Positions 9,657 to 19,475 are shown, counted from the first letter of the stretch. The stretch is 64,000 bases of DNA from an uncultured Bacteroidales bacterium (GCA_905233625.1 CAJOFJ010000011.1:13378-77377), one strand, 5' to 3'. Notes: generated by a model not told the origin, from the sequence alone. A program made the numbers and translations.

Positions 9657-10136
9657 ATGAAAAAACTACGGGAATTTATAGGTTATTTGCTTGGTGGATT
9701 GCTCTTTGTGGCATTGATGCCAACTGTCATGTGGCTGGCATCGGGAAGGCCTGATATATGGCCTGTAAGTACAACGAAAATGATTGTCGCTATTTTTCTG
9801 ATGCTTGGTGGCCTGTCACTAAGCATCTGGACTATCATATATATGAAACAGCGCGGTAAGGGAAACCCGATGGACGCCTTCGGACATGAGGTGGCACCGC
9901 GCACAAAGCATCTGATGACCGATGGTCCCTACCGTCTTAACCGCAACCCTATGCTCACCGGCACACTGACTTACCTTGCTGGCGTTATGGTGTGGCTGTG
10001 GACATGGCAGGCATTACTGGTTTGGGTGATCTTCTTTGCCATCATGTTGATACAAGTAATCAGCGAGGAGCGCAGACTTCGGCGCGACTTCGGCAAAGAG
10101 TACACCGACTACTGCCGACGTACCCGTAGGTTTTAG
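9657..10136 (+). CDS. Isoprenylcysteine carboxyl methyltransferase (ICMT/PEMT)-family membrane methyltransferase
   Basis: GPYRLNRNPMLTG motif and 4-5 TM segments. Confidence 0.8.
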   Translation: MKKLREFIGYLLGGLLFVALMPTVMWLASGRPDIWPVSTTKMIVAIFLMLGGLSLSIWTIIYMKQRGKGNPMDAFGHEVAPRTKHLMTDGPYRLNRNPMLTGTLTYLAGVMVWLWTWQALLVWVIFFAIMLIQVISEERRLRRDFGKEYTDYCRRTRRF

Positions 10137-10157
10137 TCACCCATAAAAAGTAAAATT

Positions 10158-10682
10158 ATGGAAAGCAATAGATTGATACTTCGTCCCTGGCAAGAGAGCG
10201 ATGCCGAGACGCTATACAAATATGCCTCCGACCCGGAAGTGGGTCCCCGTGCGGGCTGGCCGCCACATAAAAGCGTGGAGGAAAGTTTGGAGATTATACG
10301 CACTGTGTTCAACAGCGACCATATCTGGGCTATTGAGTTGAAGGAAACGGAAGAGCCTATCGGCTGTATTGGCTACTACGCCTACGGCGAAAGCAATATC
10401 AATATTGGCGAGAACGATGCGGAAGCAGGCTACTGGGTGGCGCGGCCTTACTGGAACCAAGGTATCTGCACCGAAGCGCTGCGCTTGTTGATTGACTACT
10501 GCTTCAACGAGAAAGGTTTTCACACCCTTTGGAGCGACTACTTTCCCGACAATCCCGCCTCAGGCCGTGTGATGGAGAAATGCAGTTTCCGCGATACTGG
10601 CGAAATCAACTACTGCAGCCAACTTCAAGTCGGCAACGACAGGCCGGTAAAGGTGATGAAATTAGAAAAAGATTATTTATAA
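10158..10682 (+). CDS. GNAT-family N-acetyltransferase (RimJ/RimL-like)
   Basis: N-terminus LILRPWQESDAETLYKYASDPEV and WNQGICTEA in the acetyl-CoA loop region. Confidence 0.85.
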   Translation: MESNRLILRPWQESDAETLYKYASDPEVGPRAGWPPHKSVEESLEIIRTVFNSDHIWAIELKETEEPIGCIGYYAYGESNINIGENDAEAGYWVARPYWNQGICTEALRLLIDYCFNEKGFHTLWSDYFPDNPASGRVMEKCSFRDTGEINYCSQLQVGNDRPVKVMKLEKDYL

Positions 10683-10740
10683 GGACGCATCGCATACGTC
10701 CGTTTGACAACAAAATTGTAGGGACGCACCGCATGCGTCC
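10683..10740. terminator. Twin GGACG(CA)-stem hairpins
   Basis: GGACG-catcgcata-CGTCC (10683-10701) and GGACGCA-ccgca-TGCGTCC (10722-10740), directly after the GNAT stop. Confidence 0.5.
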
Positions 10741-10761
10741 GCATATCAGATAAAAAAATAT

Positions 10762-11352
10762 ATGGAACAGAAATTTTGTCAAAGCTGCGGAATGCCGCTA
10801 ACGGAAGATCTCCTCGGCACCAATGCCGACGGAAGCAAAAATGAAGAATACTGCATATACTGCTATAAAGATGGTGCGTTCACTGGCGATTTCACCATGG
10901 AAGAAATGGTGGAATTCTGCTCGCAGTTTGTGGACGAGTACAATAAAAACACTGGACAGAACCTCAACAGAGAGGAATACAAAGACGTGCTCCGGCAGTT
11001 TTATCCGAAACTCAAACGCTGGCAACTGCCCGCTGACCAGCTGCCCCATGCCACTTCGCCTATCAAACAGCAGCTCATCGACGAAATCAATGCTATGGAC
11101 ATCTGCGGTATGCCCAAAATTGACAACCTTTTTGTGCTGCAAGGCTCTTTCATCAACATGGAGTACCCCATCAACGGCAACAAAGTAAAGTTCCTCGATG
11201 ATAACGCCAGCTACTGGGGCAATCAAGTGGAGAAACAAGGCGTTGAAGGCCGCTGCTTCGGCATCGCCTGCGACGAACATCACATCCTCGTAAGTGAATA
11301 CGGCAAGGATGGTGTAGATGCTGAATTGGTGATATTTAAAAGAAGAGAATAA
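10762..11352 (+). CDS. Zinc-ribbon domain protein with an uncharacterised C-terminal domain
   Basis: The CQSCGMP...YCIYCY four-Cys N-terminal module matches the putative zinc-ribbon family common in Bacteroidales and Firmicutes. Confidence 0.6.
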   Translation: MEQKFCQSCGMPLTEDLLGTNADGSKNEEYCIYCYKDGAFTGDFTMEEMVEFCSQFVDEYNKNTGQNLNREEYKDVLRQFYPKLKRWQLPADQLPHATSPIKQQLIDEINAMDICGMPKIDNLFVLQGSFINMEYPINGNKVKFLDDNASYWGNQVEKQGVEGRCFGIACDEHHILVSEYGKDGVDAELVIFKRRE

Positions 11353-11356
11353 GATA

Positions 11357-11409
11357 TTATTTTTGGCTACAACTCATATTTTTTGTATATTTGTAGCCAA
11401 AAATAAATA
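11357..11409. repeat. 53-bp palindromic element, copy 1 (contains a TTTG / TAtaTTTG promoter pair)
   Basis: ttatttttggctacaa...ttgtagccaaaaataa has 16-bp inverted arms. 49/53 identical to copy 2 at 12823-12875. The -7 box is at 11386-11393. Confidence 0.85.
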
Positions 11410-11420
11410 CGCAAATTTTT

Positions 11421-12818
11421 ATGCAAATCATTGGTAGAAAGCAAGAAATAAAAGAATTAATAAGACTGAAAGAGTCAAAACAAGCAGAGTTCGTTGCGGT
11501 ATATGGCCGGCGTCGAGTGGGCAAAACTTGGTTGGTACGGAGCTTTTTCCATGATCAATTTACTTTTTACGCCACAGGCATAGCACGGGGTTCCCGTCAA
11601 GAACAATTGCAAAATTTCTATAAATCAATATGTTCTTACAGCAAGTCAAATCCCCAACAACCTAAAGATTGGTATGAAACCTTTGATTTGCTCAAAAATG
11701 TGATTAAAAGATCGCGACAGCGAAGAAAAGTGGTGTTTTTGGATGAATTGCCCTGGATGGATACCCAAAAATCAGAATTTCTAAAAGCCGTTGATTTATT
11801 TTGGAACAGCTGGGGATGTATGCAAAAAAACTTACTTTTTATTGTATGTGGTAGTGCCGCATCTTGGATGGTGAAAAATATCATTCGAAACAAAGGAGGA
11901 TTACATAATAGACTAACCTGTCATCTACATCTTAATCCCTATACTCTTGCGGAAACCAAGACTTATCTTCATGCCCAGGGAATTCGCTGGAATAATGACT
12001 TGATAGCCGAATGTTACATGATTATGGGTGGCATCCCTTACTATTTGCATTTATTGGATCGTTCTCTGAGTCTTGCCCAAAACGTTGACCGTCTGTTCTT
12101 TGCTCCCAACGCACTGCTAAAAAATGAATTCAGAAATCTTTATGAATCACTCTTCAAGAAATCAGAGGATTATGTCAAAATCATATCTGCTTTGAGCACA
12201 AAAAGTAGCGGATATACGCGTGACGACATCGTGAAAGCTACTGGTTTGACAAACGGAGGAGGATTGACACGGAGATTAGACGAATTAGAACAGTGCAATT
12301 TTATTCGTCGATATAGTCCTATAAAAGGGAAAACACCCATATATCAACTCGCTGATTTTTACAGTCTGTTTTACTTTCAGTTTATCAATAAAATGCGACA
12401 TTTCGACCGAGATGCATGGCTGCACTTGCAAGCTACACCTCGACATAGCACATGGCTTGGCTTAAGTTTTGAAAAACTTTGCTTCGCACATGTTTATGCC
12501 ATTCAAAAGGCACTTGGCATCACTGGTATTGCGACAAAAACATATCCTTTGCTAACGCCTAATGCACAAATGGACATGGTGATTGAACGGGCAGACAAAG
12601 TGACCACCTTGTGTGAAATGAAATATACTGCCCAACCCTACGTTGTCACCAAACAAGAAGCTGAAAAATTACATCACAGAGCAGAGGAATTAAGCAGTTT
12701 TTTTCGTGCACAAAATCAGGTGCTTATTACGCTTGTTTCAAATCGATTACCAAGACAAAATAATTATTATAATAGCTTGATAACAAGCAATATAATTCTT
12801 TCAGAATTATTTGAATAA
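11421..12818 (+). CDS. AAA+ ATPase (archaeal-ATPase/DUF234 type) with a C-terminal PD-(D/E)xK-like module
   Basis: Walker A GRRRVGKTW, Walker B VVFLDELPW, and C-terminal MDMVIE...LCEMKY (D...E-x-K). More AT-rich than flanking genes in sampled lines. Confidence 0.8.
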   Translation: MQIIGRKQEIKELIRLKESKQAEFVAVYGRRRVGKTWLVRSFFHDQFTFYATGIARGSRQEQLQNFYKSICSYSKSNPQQPKDWYETFDLLKNVIKRSRQRRKVVFLDELPWMDTQKSEFLKAVDLFWNSWGCMQKNLLFIVCGSAASWMVKNIIRNKGGLHNRLTCHLHLNPYTLAETKTYLHAQGIRWNNDLIAECYMIMGGIPYYLHLLDRSLSLAQNVDRLFFAPNALLKNEFRNLYESLFKKSEDYVKIISALSTKSSGYTRDDIVKATGLTNGGGLTRRLDELEQCNFIRRYSPIKGKTPIYQLADFYSLFYFQFINKMRHFDRDAWLHLQATPRHSTWLGLSFEKLCFAHVYAIQKALGITGIATKTYPLLTPNAQMDMVIERADKVTTLCEMKYTAQPYVVTKQEAEKLHHRAEELSSFFRAQNQVLITLVSNRLPRQNNYYNSLITSNIILSELFE

Positions 12819-12822
12819 TAAA

Positions 12823-12875
12823 TTATTTTTGGCTACAACTCGTATTTTTTATATACTTATAGCCAAAAATAAATA
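12823..12875. repeat. 53-bp palindromic element, copy 2 (degenerate)
   Basis: Four substitutions relative to copy 1. Three of them fall in the right arm and -7 box (tatacttatag). Confidence 0.85.
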
Positions 12876-12887
12876 GGAGAAAATGTT

Positions 12888-13505
12888 ATGAAAACCGAAA
12901 TCAACCCCAAAGAAACCAAGCGGGCTTTTGCCTTTGATATGTGGATGACCGCGCCGATGCCGATGGTGACATTAGTGAAGACGATGGATGTGAGTCGTTT
13001 GGCGCGACTCAGCAAGAAAACCGGTGTGAAGTTCAATACCCTGATGTGCTGGTGTATCGGCAAAACATCCAGTAAGACCGAAGAATTGCATTTGCTGCCA
13101 GAGAACGGGAAACTGTACCAGTACGACCAGATTGCCATCAACGTGGTGGTGCGCAACCGCAAAGGCGGCATCAACTCCTGCGACATCCCCTATTCCGAAG
13201 ACATGCAGCAGTTCAACCGCGACTACATGGAGCTGACCACCAAGGTGGCGGCGGAGTGCCAGAGCAGTTTTCTTGACGGTTACATGATCGTAGGCACTTC
13301 GGCCATGATCCAGACGGAACTCGACTGCGTGGTGAACCAATATACTGACAAGTTCCTCAACCCGATGGTGATGTGGGGCAAGTACCGCAAAAGCTGGTTT
13401 AAAACGCTGTTGCCCGTATCCTTCCAGTTCCATCACGTGCAGATGGACGGCGGCGATGCGGCACGGTTTTTAGAGCGGTTACAACAAACAATCCTCTCTA
13501 TATGA
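12888..13505 (+). CDS. CatA-like (chloramphenicol acetyltransferase family) O-acetyltransferase
   Basis: C-terminal SFQFHHVQMDGGDAARF corresponds to the CAT catalytic-His region (HH..DG). Confidence 0.75.
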   Translation: MKTEINPKETKRAFAFDMWMTAPMPMVTLVKTMDVSRLARLSKKTGVKFNTLMCWCIGKTSSKTEELHLLPENGKLYQYDQIAINVVVRNRKGGINSCDIPYSEDMQQFNRDYMELTTKVAAECQSSFLDGYMIVGTSAMIQTELDCVVNQYTDKFLNPMVMWGKYRKSWFKTLLPVSFQFHHVQMDGGDAARFLERLQQTILSI

Positions 13506-13957
13506 AGCTGTTCAAACAATACCGTTTCGGCTTTGACTTTTGGGGACTCCTCCTTTTCCTGTTGGTGATGCTTCCAAACTTCATCTGGTTTGCCGTCCCC
13601 GCGACAAATGATATTCTGCGTACGGAATCCGTCACGCCGATGGTGGATGTCATTGCTTCGGTTTTCCAAGTCCTTACTGTCTCGTGCCTCTGCTTTCTCA
13701 TCAACGAAAAAAGAAGCAAATTGCGTTTCTCGCCGTTAATCATTGCTACAGTCATCTGTGTTTCAGCCTATTACCTTGGCTGGATATTGTACTATGTCGG
13801 TATCACTAATCCGTGGGTAATTCTTCTGCTGACCATCCCACCGTGCTTGTCGTTCATCCTTTTCGCCGCCGACCGGAAAAACCTCCCGGCGGTGTTATTC
13901 GCCACAGCATTTGCGGTGTGCCATTTGATTTTCGGGGTGGTGAATTTTATAATTTGA
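13502..13957 (+). CDS. Hypothetical membrane protein, translationally coupled to the CAT-like gene
   Basis: ATGA start/stop overlap at 13502-13505. Four hydrophobic segments. Confidence 0.45.
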   Translation: MKLFKQYRFGFDFWGLLLFLLVMLPNFIWFAVPATNDILRTESVTPMVDVIASVFQVLTVSCLCFLINEKRSKLRFSPLIIATVICVSAYYLGWILYYVGITNPWVILLLTIPPCLSFILFAADRKNLPAVLFATAFAVCHLIFGVVNFII

Positions 13958-13980
13958 AACCTGCAACCATTATTTTTCCG

Positions 13981-13988
13981 TACCTTTG
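13981..13988 (+). promoter_or_regulatory. -7 promoter box TAccTTTG
   Basis: Exact TAnnTTTG match, 26 nt before ATG 14014. Confidence 0.35.
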
Positions 13989-14013
13989 CCATTTGAAAAT
14001 AAATCATTTGAAT

Positions 14014-14397
14014 ATGATGGATTACGACACATTAAAAGGCCTCCGTCACAGCGAACAGTTGGTGGTGGAGCATAAAGACACCGCCGCTGTGTATGGCTCC
14101 GGCGCATTGGAAGTGTTCGCCACCCCGGCTATGATTGCCCTGATGGAGAAAACCTGCCTCATGAGCGTATGCAACAAGATTGGTGAGGGCAACACCACCG
14201 TCGGTATTGCCGTCAATATCAAACATTTGAAAGCAAGTCCTGTGGGTACCACCATCCGCTGCGAAGCCGAACTCACCGAGGTGGACCGTCGCCGCCTGGT
14301 ATTCAAAGTTCAATGCTTCGAAGGCGAAAACCTCATCGGCGAAGGCATCCACGAACGCTTCGTAGTGGAGAGCAAGAAGTTTATGGCAAAACTATAA
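14014..14397 (+). CDS. Hotdog-fold thioesterase
   Basis: The MMDYDTLKGLRH...GSGALEVFATPAMIALME pattern is typical of the fluoroacetyl-CoA-thioesterase-like family. Internal ATG 14014 chosen because the upstream part of the ORF overlaps the previous gene. Confidence 0.7.
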   Translation: MMDYDTLKGLRHSEQLVVEHKDTAAVYGSGALEVFATPAMIALMEKTCLMSVCNKIGEGNTTVGIAVNIKHLKASPVGTTIRCEAELTEVDRRRLVFKVQCFEGENLIGEGIHERFVVESKKFMAKL

Positions 14398-14407
14398 ATG
14401 CTTATTC

Positions 14408-14962
14408 TTACGCATTGACGAAAGCTGCGAACTTTTCGGCTTGCGTTTTCAGCTGTGCAATTTGCTCGTCAGTGAGATTGAATTCACCTTTGGTCCAAGC
14501 CTCTACACCCAAAGCAATACCCGTTTGCGCTTCTGTCATCACCTGCATCTTAATGAACTCTAACAGCTCGTTCAGTTTGGCACGGCACGAAGCGGTCTTG
14601 TTGGCACCACCGGCACCGCTGGCGGTAACCTTTTTGCCCACCACTGCACTGGGATTGGTGAAGTTACTCATGTCCATCGGACGAGAAAGCCAGTCTAGCA
14701 GGTTCTTGAGCAGACCAGGATAGCTGAAGTTATATTCGGGGGTGAAAATCCAGATACCATCGGCAGCCAAAATTTCCTTGCGAACACGAGCCACAGGGGC
14801 GGGAACCGAAGCTTCCAAGTCCTGATTCATCAGCGGAACATCATCAAATTCAAGATATTTGATATTGAACTGGTCGGACAGCATTTTCTCGGCCAAAGCG
14901 GCCAACTGACGGTTAAAGGACTGTTTGCGCAACGAGCCCACAATAAAGACGATGTTTTTCAT
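14408..14962 (-). CDS. NADPH-dependent FMN reductase-family oxidoreductase
   Basis: N-terminus MKNIVFIVGSLRKQSFNRQLA and TPEYNFSYPGLLKN. Confidence 0.85.
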   Translation of the reverse strand: MKNIVFIVGSLRKQSFNRQLAALAEKMLSDQFNIKYLEFDDVPLMNQDLEASVPAPVARVRKEILAADGIWIFTPEYNFSYPGLLKNLLDWLSRPMDMSNFTNPSAVVGKKVTASGAGGANKTASCRAKLNELLEFIKMQVMTEAQTGIALGVEAWTKGEFNLTDEQIAQLKTQAEKFAAFVNA

Positions 14963-15092
14963 AACTTTCTGATTGATTTCCTAAAATGACTTTGCAAATA
15001 TACAAAAAAGGAACATTTCAATCTGTCTATTAATTTTTTATAATTTTTATCTGATGAAACTAAATCATAGCCTCGGTGAATGGTAAAATTTG

Positions 15093-15100
15093 TATCTTTG
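15093..15100 (+). promoter_or_regulatory. -7 promoter box TAtcTTTG
   Basis: Exact TAnnTTTG match, 97 nt before ATG 15197. Confidence 0.35.
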
Positions 15101-15196
15101 CTGATTGAAAAACAAAATACGACGTAGCACATTATTGATCAGATTAATCTCAAAAAACCGATGGTGCCGAATGGGGTATAACACGGCTAAAAGAAA

Positions 15197-15619
15197 ATGA
15201 AAAAAATCTTCAGTGTTTCCTTTCTAATGTTTTGTGTAATATCACTAGTTTTTTCTCAAAATGACAACCAAGAACAAAGGGATCCCAATGCTCCCAAAAA
15301 CACTGTGAAAATTCCTGGCAGAGAAATTTATGTCAATAAGGTTGACGAAGTCACGCGTATGCCTTGGGATGTTGCTAAAAGTGCATGTGCATGTTTAGGA
15401 AGTGGCTGGAGACTTCCTACTATAGTAGAATTGCAAACTATGTATGGTTACAAAGAACTGATTGGAAATTTCAAAAAGGGATATTATTGGGCTTATGACC
15501 AAAAGATAAATAGTGACAAATATTATAATCTCAATTTCAAAAACGGGAAAATTGACGATGAAGATATAGATGAAAATAACAGGGTTCGTTGCGTTTGGTC
15601 ACCAATAAAATCCGAATAG
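15197..15619 (+). CDS. Secreted DUF1566-like small protein
   Basis: Signal peptide, and the GSGWRLPTIVELQTMY motif characteristic of DUF1566 (Lcl C-terminal type). The gene is AT-rich. Confidence 0.55.
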   Translation: MKKIFSVSFLMFCVISLVFSQNDNQEQRDPNAPKNTVKIPGREIYVNKVDEVTRMPWDVAKSACACLGSGWRLPTIVELQTMYGYKELIGNFKKGYYWAYDQKINSDKYYNLNFKNGKIDDEDIDENNRVRCVWSPIKSE

Positions 15620-15740
15620 CAGTCATTTCGTCCTTTTCTGTACTTTGCCTCACTGCCGGAGTTAGCATAACAATTGTTACACCACACGACAATGTGGTGA
15701 GTGATGATGTTATAACCTGCCAGCTTGATAAACCCTCCTA

Positions 15741-17021
15741 TCAATACTTCTCCACAAAATCCTTCACTAACTTGAAAATCGGCTCGTAAGCGTCGATGAG
15801 GAAAGTGTCGTAGGTGTCAAAAATAGTGTGATAATACTTGAAAGCATCGCCTTCCTCATTTTCGAAGAAGATGCAGGGCACATGGCGGACAGCGAAAGGA
15901 TAGTGGTCGCTGTTGCCAGCCAACTCGCCGCGGTTCAAGCTCTTGAAATAATGTTTCCCGTCGTTAAGTTTCTCAAACAGGGCATAACCCCGCATTCCCT
16001 CATCGCTCACCTCGCAGTACTGCACGGGATTGTTGTCGCCAATCATATCAATGTTGAACAGATACTTGATCTGTGTCAAAGGTACCATAGGATGCTCCGC
16101 ATAATACTCTGAGCCGCGTAAATTGGCATCTTCACCCGAGAAGGCAATGAAGTACATGTCGTATTCGGGGCGGTTCTGGGCGTAATACTTGGCCAACGTC
16201 ACGATGGCCGCGGTACCTGAAGCATTGTCGTTGGCACCAGCATAAAACACTTTCTTGCCGAGATTGCCGAGATGGTCGTAATGCGCGGTAAACACATAGC
16301 AGCTGTCATGTTTCCGGCCTTCCACTTTGGCAATCACATTGAAAAGTTCGTAATCTTTCAGGAACTTGTTTTCGATATTGACGGTAATGCTTTTGGCATC
16401 TTTCGGAAAATCGGTTGTAACCCAAATAACAGGCTTTCCTGTCACCTTCTCACCATAAGCTTTGTAGAACTTCAGCAAAGGCTCCCAGGTCTGAATCAAC
16501 CCTGCATTGGCGCAACTTGTACCACCCCACAACCGCTGGAAATCCTTGTAATGCTTGTAGGAGAACCAGAAATCGCATACCACAAAGCAGTCCTTATATT
16601 CAGGTTTTGCCAAGTCAGCGAACATTTTATCCGCATCATAATTGGCCGTATCAACAAAATACAGCTTGTATGTGCCCTTCACACCGGGAGAGTACTCACG
16701 CATGGAGAAATCCACACCTGGGGTCAATTCGCGACCATCCACCGACATTTCCATCTTGCCTGGGAAAGTATTGATGTCAATGGTAAACGGCTGGCATGTA
16801 ACTTCGTCAACTCCGGCCTTGGTGAACTCCTTTTTCAGGTATTTTCCCGCCTTGTTGGCACCGCCGTAAGCATAGCCGCGTCCCTGGTATTTTGCGGAAC
16901 TCAGTTCCTTGACCACTTGCTTGTAGTGCTCCAAATCCTGCGCTTGCAGAGACGTTTCACGAAGCGTCCCTACCAGCAGAAACGCCAAAACTATGATTAT
17001 CAGCTTCTTCATAACTCTCAT
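15741..17021 (-). CDS. M28-family aminopeptidase (secreted)
   Basis: Signal peptide. Zn-ligand and catalytic regions FTAHYDHLG and GANDNASGTAAIV. Confidence 0.85.
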   Translation of the reverse strand: MRVMKKLIIIVLAFLLVGTLRETSLQAQDLEHYKQVVKELSSAKYQGRGYAYGGANKAGKYLKKEFTKAGVDEVTCQPFTIDINTFPGKMEMSVDGRELTPGVDFSMREYSPGVKGTYKLYFVDTANYDADKMFADLAKPEYKDCFVVCDFWFSYKHYKDFQRLWGGTSCANAGLIQTWEPLLKFYKAYGEKVTGKPVIWVTTDFPKDAKSITVNIENKFLKDYELFNVIAKVEGRKHDSCYVFTAHYDHLGNLGKKVFYAGANDNASGTAAIVTLAKYYAQNRPEYDMYFIAFSGEDANLRGSEYYAEHPMVPLTQIKYLFNIDMIGDNNPVQYCEVSDEGMRGYALFEKLNDGKHYFKSLNRGELAGNSDHYPFAVRHVPCIFFENEEGDAFKYYHTIFDTYDTFLIDAYEPIFKLVKDFVEKY

Positions 17022-17030
17022 TCTAAATAC

Positions 17031-18287
17031 TTATTTCACCTTTTTGCCATTCAAGAACACCTGTTCCACCTTGTTGCTGCCGAAGCTGTAAGGCATAAAC
17101 TCGATGGTGGGAATGGGTTTGGTGATGTAGAAATTGGCCACCTTGCCTTTGGCGATACTGCCGTGCGTCTGACTTACACCCATAGCGTATGCCGTATTCA
17201 GTGTGGTGGCATTAATAGACTCCTCGCAGGTCATACGGTAATTGACACAACCCATCGACAAAATGAATTGCATATTGCCTGAGGGTGACGAACCAGGATT
17301 GTAGTCAGAAGCCAAAGCCACTGGCAAACCCGCGTCAATCATCTGGCGGGCGGGACCATACACCATATTCAGGAAGAAAGCGGCTCCCGGCAGGAAGGTC
17401 GGCATGGTTTCAGAACCAAGCAGACACTCAATCTCCTTGGGGCCCGTATGTTCCAGATGGTCAACCGACAGGCTGTTATACTTGACACCCACCTGAATAC
17501 CGCCTGAATTGGCCAGCTCATTGGCATGGATTTTGGGTCTCATGCCATATTTGATACCCTGCATCAGTATGCGTTCAGTCTCTTCGGGGGTGAAGAATCC
17601 TCTATCGCAAAATACATCAATATAATCGGCCAAATCCTCAGCGGCTACCATCGGAATCATCTCATTGATAATCAAATCCACATACTCTCCCTGACGACCT
17701 TTGTACTCTTCCGGCACCCCATGCGCACCCAAGAAAGTGGCACGGATGGTCAGCGGTGACTTTTCTCTCAAACGACGGATAACACGCAACGATTTCAGCT
17801 CATCCTCTGTGGACAAACCATAACCGCTCTTGATTTCCACTGCGCCAGTGCCGAAAGAGATAATCTCTTCCAAGCGCTGCCAGGCTTCGTCAAACAGCTC
17901 CTCCTCAGAGGCTTTACGCAGTTTCTGGACACTGTTCAGAATACCGCCGCCACGCTTGGCGATTTCCTCATAGCTCAAGCCTTTGATCTTATCGTTGTAT
18001 TCAATTTCACGGCTGCCTTTATACACAATGTGCGTGTGCGAATCGCAGAATGAAGGGAACACCATTCGTCCAGTCGCGTCAATTTCCTGTACCTTATGTT
18101 TGCATTGACTCAGCACCTCATCGGTCAGCTTGCTCATCTTGCCGAAATCCACGATTTTATCGCCATCGGTCAGCAGGAAAGCGTTGTCAATACATTTTAC
18201 CGTCTGCATGTCTTTGCCGGCACGCAACAGCACAGGCTTGGTCTCCACCTGCACTAACTTTTTGATGTTTTTGATAAGATATGCCAT
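17031..18287 (-). CDS. hutI: Imidazolonepropionase
   Basis: Amidohydrolase signature FCDSHTHIVY, ...KIHANEL..., and ASDYNPGSSP. Confidence 0.85.
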   Translation of the reverse strand: MAYLIKNIKKLVQVETKPVLLRAGKDMQTVKCIDNAFLLTDGDKIVDFGKMSKLTDEVLSQCKHKVQEIDATGRMVFPSFCDSHTHIVYKGSREIEYNDKIKGLSYEEIAKRGGGILNSVQKLRKASEEELFDEAWQRLEEIISFGTGAVEIKSGYGLSTEDELKSLRVIRRLREKSPLTIRATFLGAHGVPEEYKGRQGEYVDLIINEMIPMVAAEDLADYIDVFCDRGFFTPEETERILMQGIKYGMRPKIHANELANSGGIQVGVKYNSLSVDHLEHTGPKEIECLLGSETMPTFLPGAAFFLNMVYGPARQMIDAGLPVALASDYNPGSSPSGNMQFILSMGCVNYRMTCEESINATTLNTAYAMGVSQTHGSIAKGKVANFYITKPIPTIEFMPYSFGSNKVEQVFLNGKKVK

Positions 18288-18296
18288 AATTTTTTT

Positions 18297-18368
18297 GCTA
18301 TGAGCTGTGAGCTGTGAGCTATGATATTAACTGGATTGCTCCATTGCTCATAGCCCATTGCTCACAGC
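18297..18368. terminator. Inverted pair of GAGCTRT word arrays (hairpin) after the guanylyltransferase gene
   Basis: gctatga gctgtga gctgtga gctatga faces cattgct catagcc cattgct cacagc. Confidence 0.5.
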
Positions 18369-18383
18369 AAAAATTTGCTAATT

Positions 18384-19475
18384 TTACACGTATTTGTTGC
18401 CGAATTCGACTTGTACATCAGTTACATACTGGCGGATCTGCTGTTCGTCTTCCTTTTTGCAAATCAGCAGTACATCGTCATTCTCTACCACAATATAATC
18501 CTGCAGTCCCTGAATCACCACCACTTTGTTTTTCGGCATGTTCACAATGCAATTCTGACTATTGTACATCTTCACTTTTTTGCCTGTGATGGCGTTGTTG
18601 TCTTCATCTTTTTCGCGCAGGTTGAACAGCGAGCCCCAGGTTCCCAAGTCCGACCAGCCGAAATCAGCAGCATAAACCTTCACATTGGTGGCCTTCTCCA
18701 TCACACCATAGTCGATGGAAATATTCCGGCACACCTGATATATCTGCTTGATAAAAGAGTGTTCTCCAGAGGTGTTGTACAAACCTTCCCCTTGCTTGAA
18801 CAAATCATTCACATCAGGCAAATATTTTTCAAAAGCAGCGAAAATAGATTTCAGCGACCACATAAAGATACCGGCATTCCACAAAAAATCACCACTTTCG
18901 ATAAACTGCTTGGCCATTTCCAGCTCCGGTTTCTCCGTGAACATTTTCACATCGTAAATGGAAGGATTGTCCGGCAGGCTTTTTTCATCATTAAACTGAA
19001 TATAGCCATAACCTGTATTCGGATGGGAGGGCTTGATACCAATGGTTAGCAGGCTGTCATTTTCGCTCACTGCCTTAAGTCCTTTCTCCACCACATCAAC
19101 AAAAACATCCTCCTTGACAATCAGATGGTCAGATGGGGCTACCACCACCACCGCATCAGGATTTTTCTGCTTGATTTTATAGTTGGCATAGGCAATACAC
19201 GGTGCCGTGTTACGTCTTGCCGGCTCCAACACCAACTGCTCGTCGGTAACATCCGGCAACTGTTCCTTCACAATATCCTTGTATTGCTCACTAGCGACAA
19301 TATAAATATTCTCCTTCGGGCAGACTCTGCTGAATCTGTTGAAAGTTTTCTGAATGAGAGTACTTCCGTCTCCCATGATATCGATAAACTGCTTGGGAGT
19401 ATTGGAGCGGCTCATGGGCCAAAATCTGGCTCCGATACCTCCCGCCATGATGACGCAGTAATTGTTGTTATTCAT
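18384..19475 (-). CDS. manC: Mannose-1-phosphate guanylyltransferase
   Basis: N-terminus VIMAGGIGARFWPMSRSNTPKQF (nucleotidyltransferase G-loop). ~360 aa with no isomerase domain. Confidence 0.85.
   Translation of the reverse strand: MNNNNYCVIMAGGIGARFWPMSRSNTPKQFIDIMGDGSTLIQKTFNRFSRVCPKENIYIVASEQYKDIVKEQLPDVTDEQLVLEPARRNTAPCIAYANYKIKQKNPDAVVVVAPSDHLIVKEDVFVDVVEKGLKAVSENDSLLTIGIKPSHPNTGYGYIQFNDEKSLPDNPSIYDVKMFTEKPELEMAKQFIESGDFLWNAGIFMWSLKSIFAAFEKYLPDVNDLFKQGEGLYNTSGEHSFIKQIYQVCRNISIDYGVMEKATNVKVYAADFGWSDLGTWGSLFNLREKDEDNNAITGKKVKMYNSQNCIVNMPKNKVVVIQGLQDYIVVENDDVLLICKKEDEQQIRQYVTDVQVEFGNKYV

Noticed and set aside
13813-14013. N-terminal 67-aa extension of the thioesterase ORF.
   Set aside because: It overlaps the preceding membrane-protein gene in another frame and covers the TAccTTTG box. 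The conserved thioesterase sequence begins at MMDYD (14014).
17031-18287. hutI as part of a histidine-utilisation operon.
   Set aside because: No hutH, hutU or hutG is adjacent. The neighbours are an M28 peptidase gene and a guanylyltransferase gene. It is left as a lone gene, and this is not unusual enough to report as a finding.
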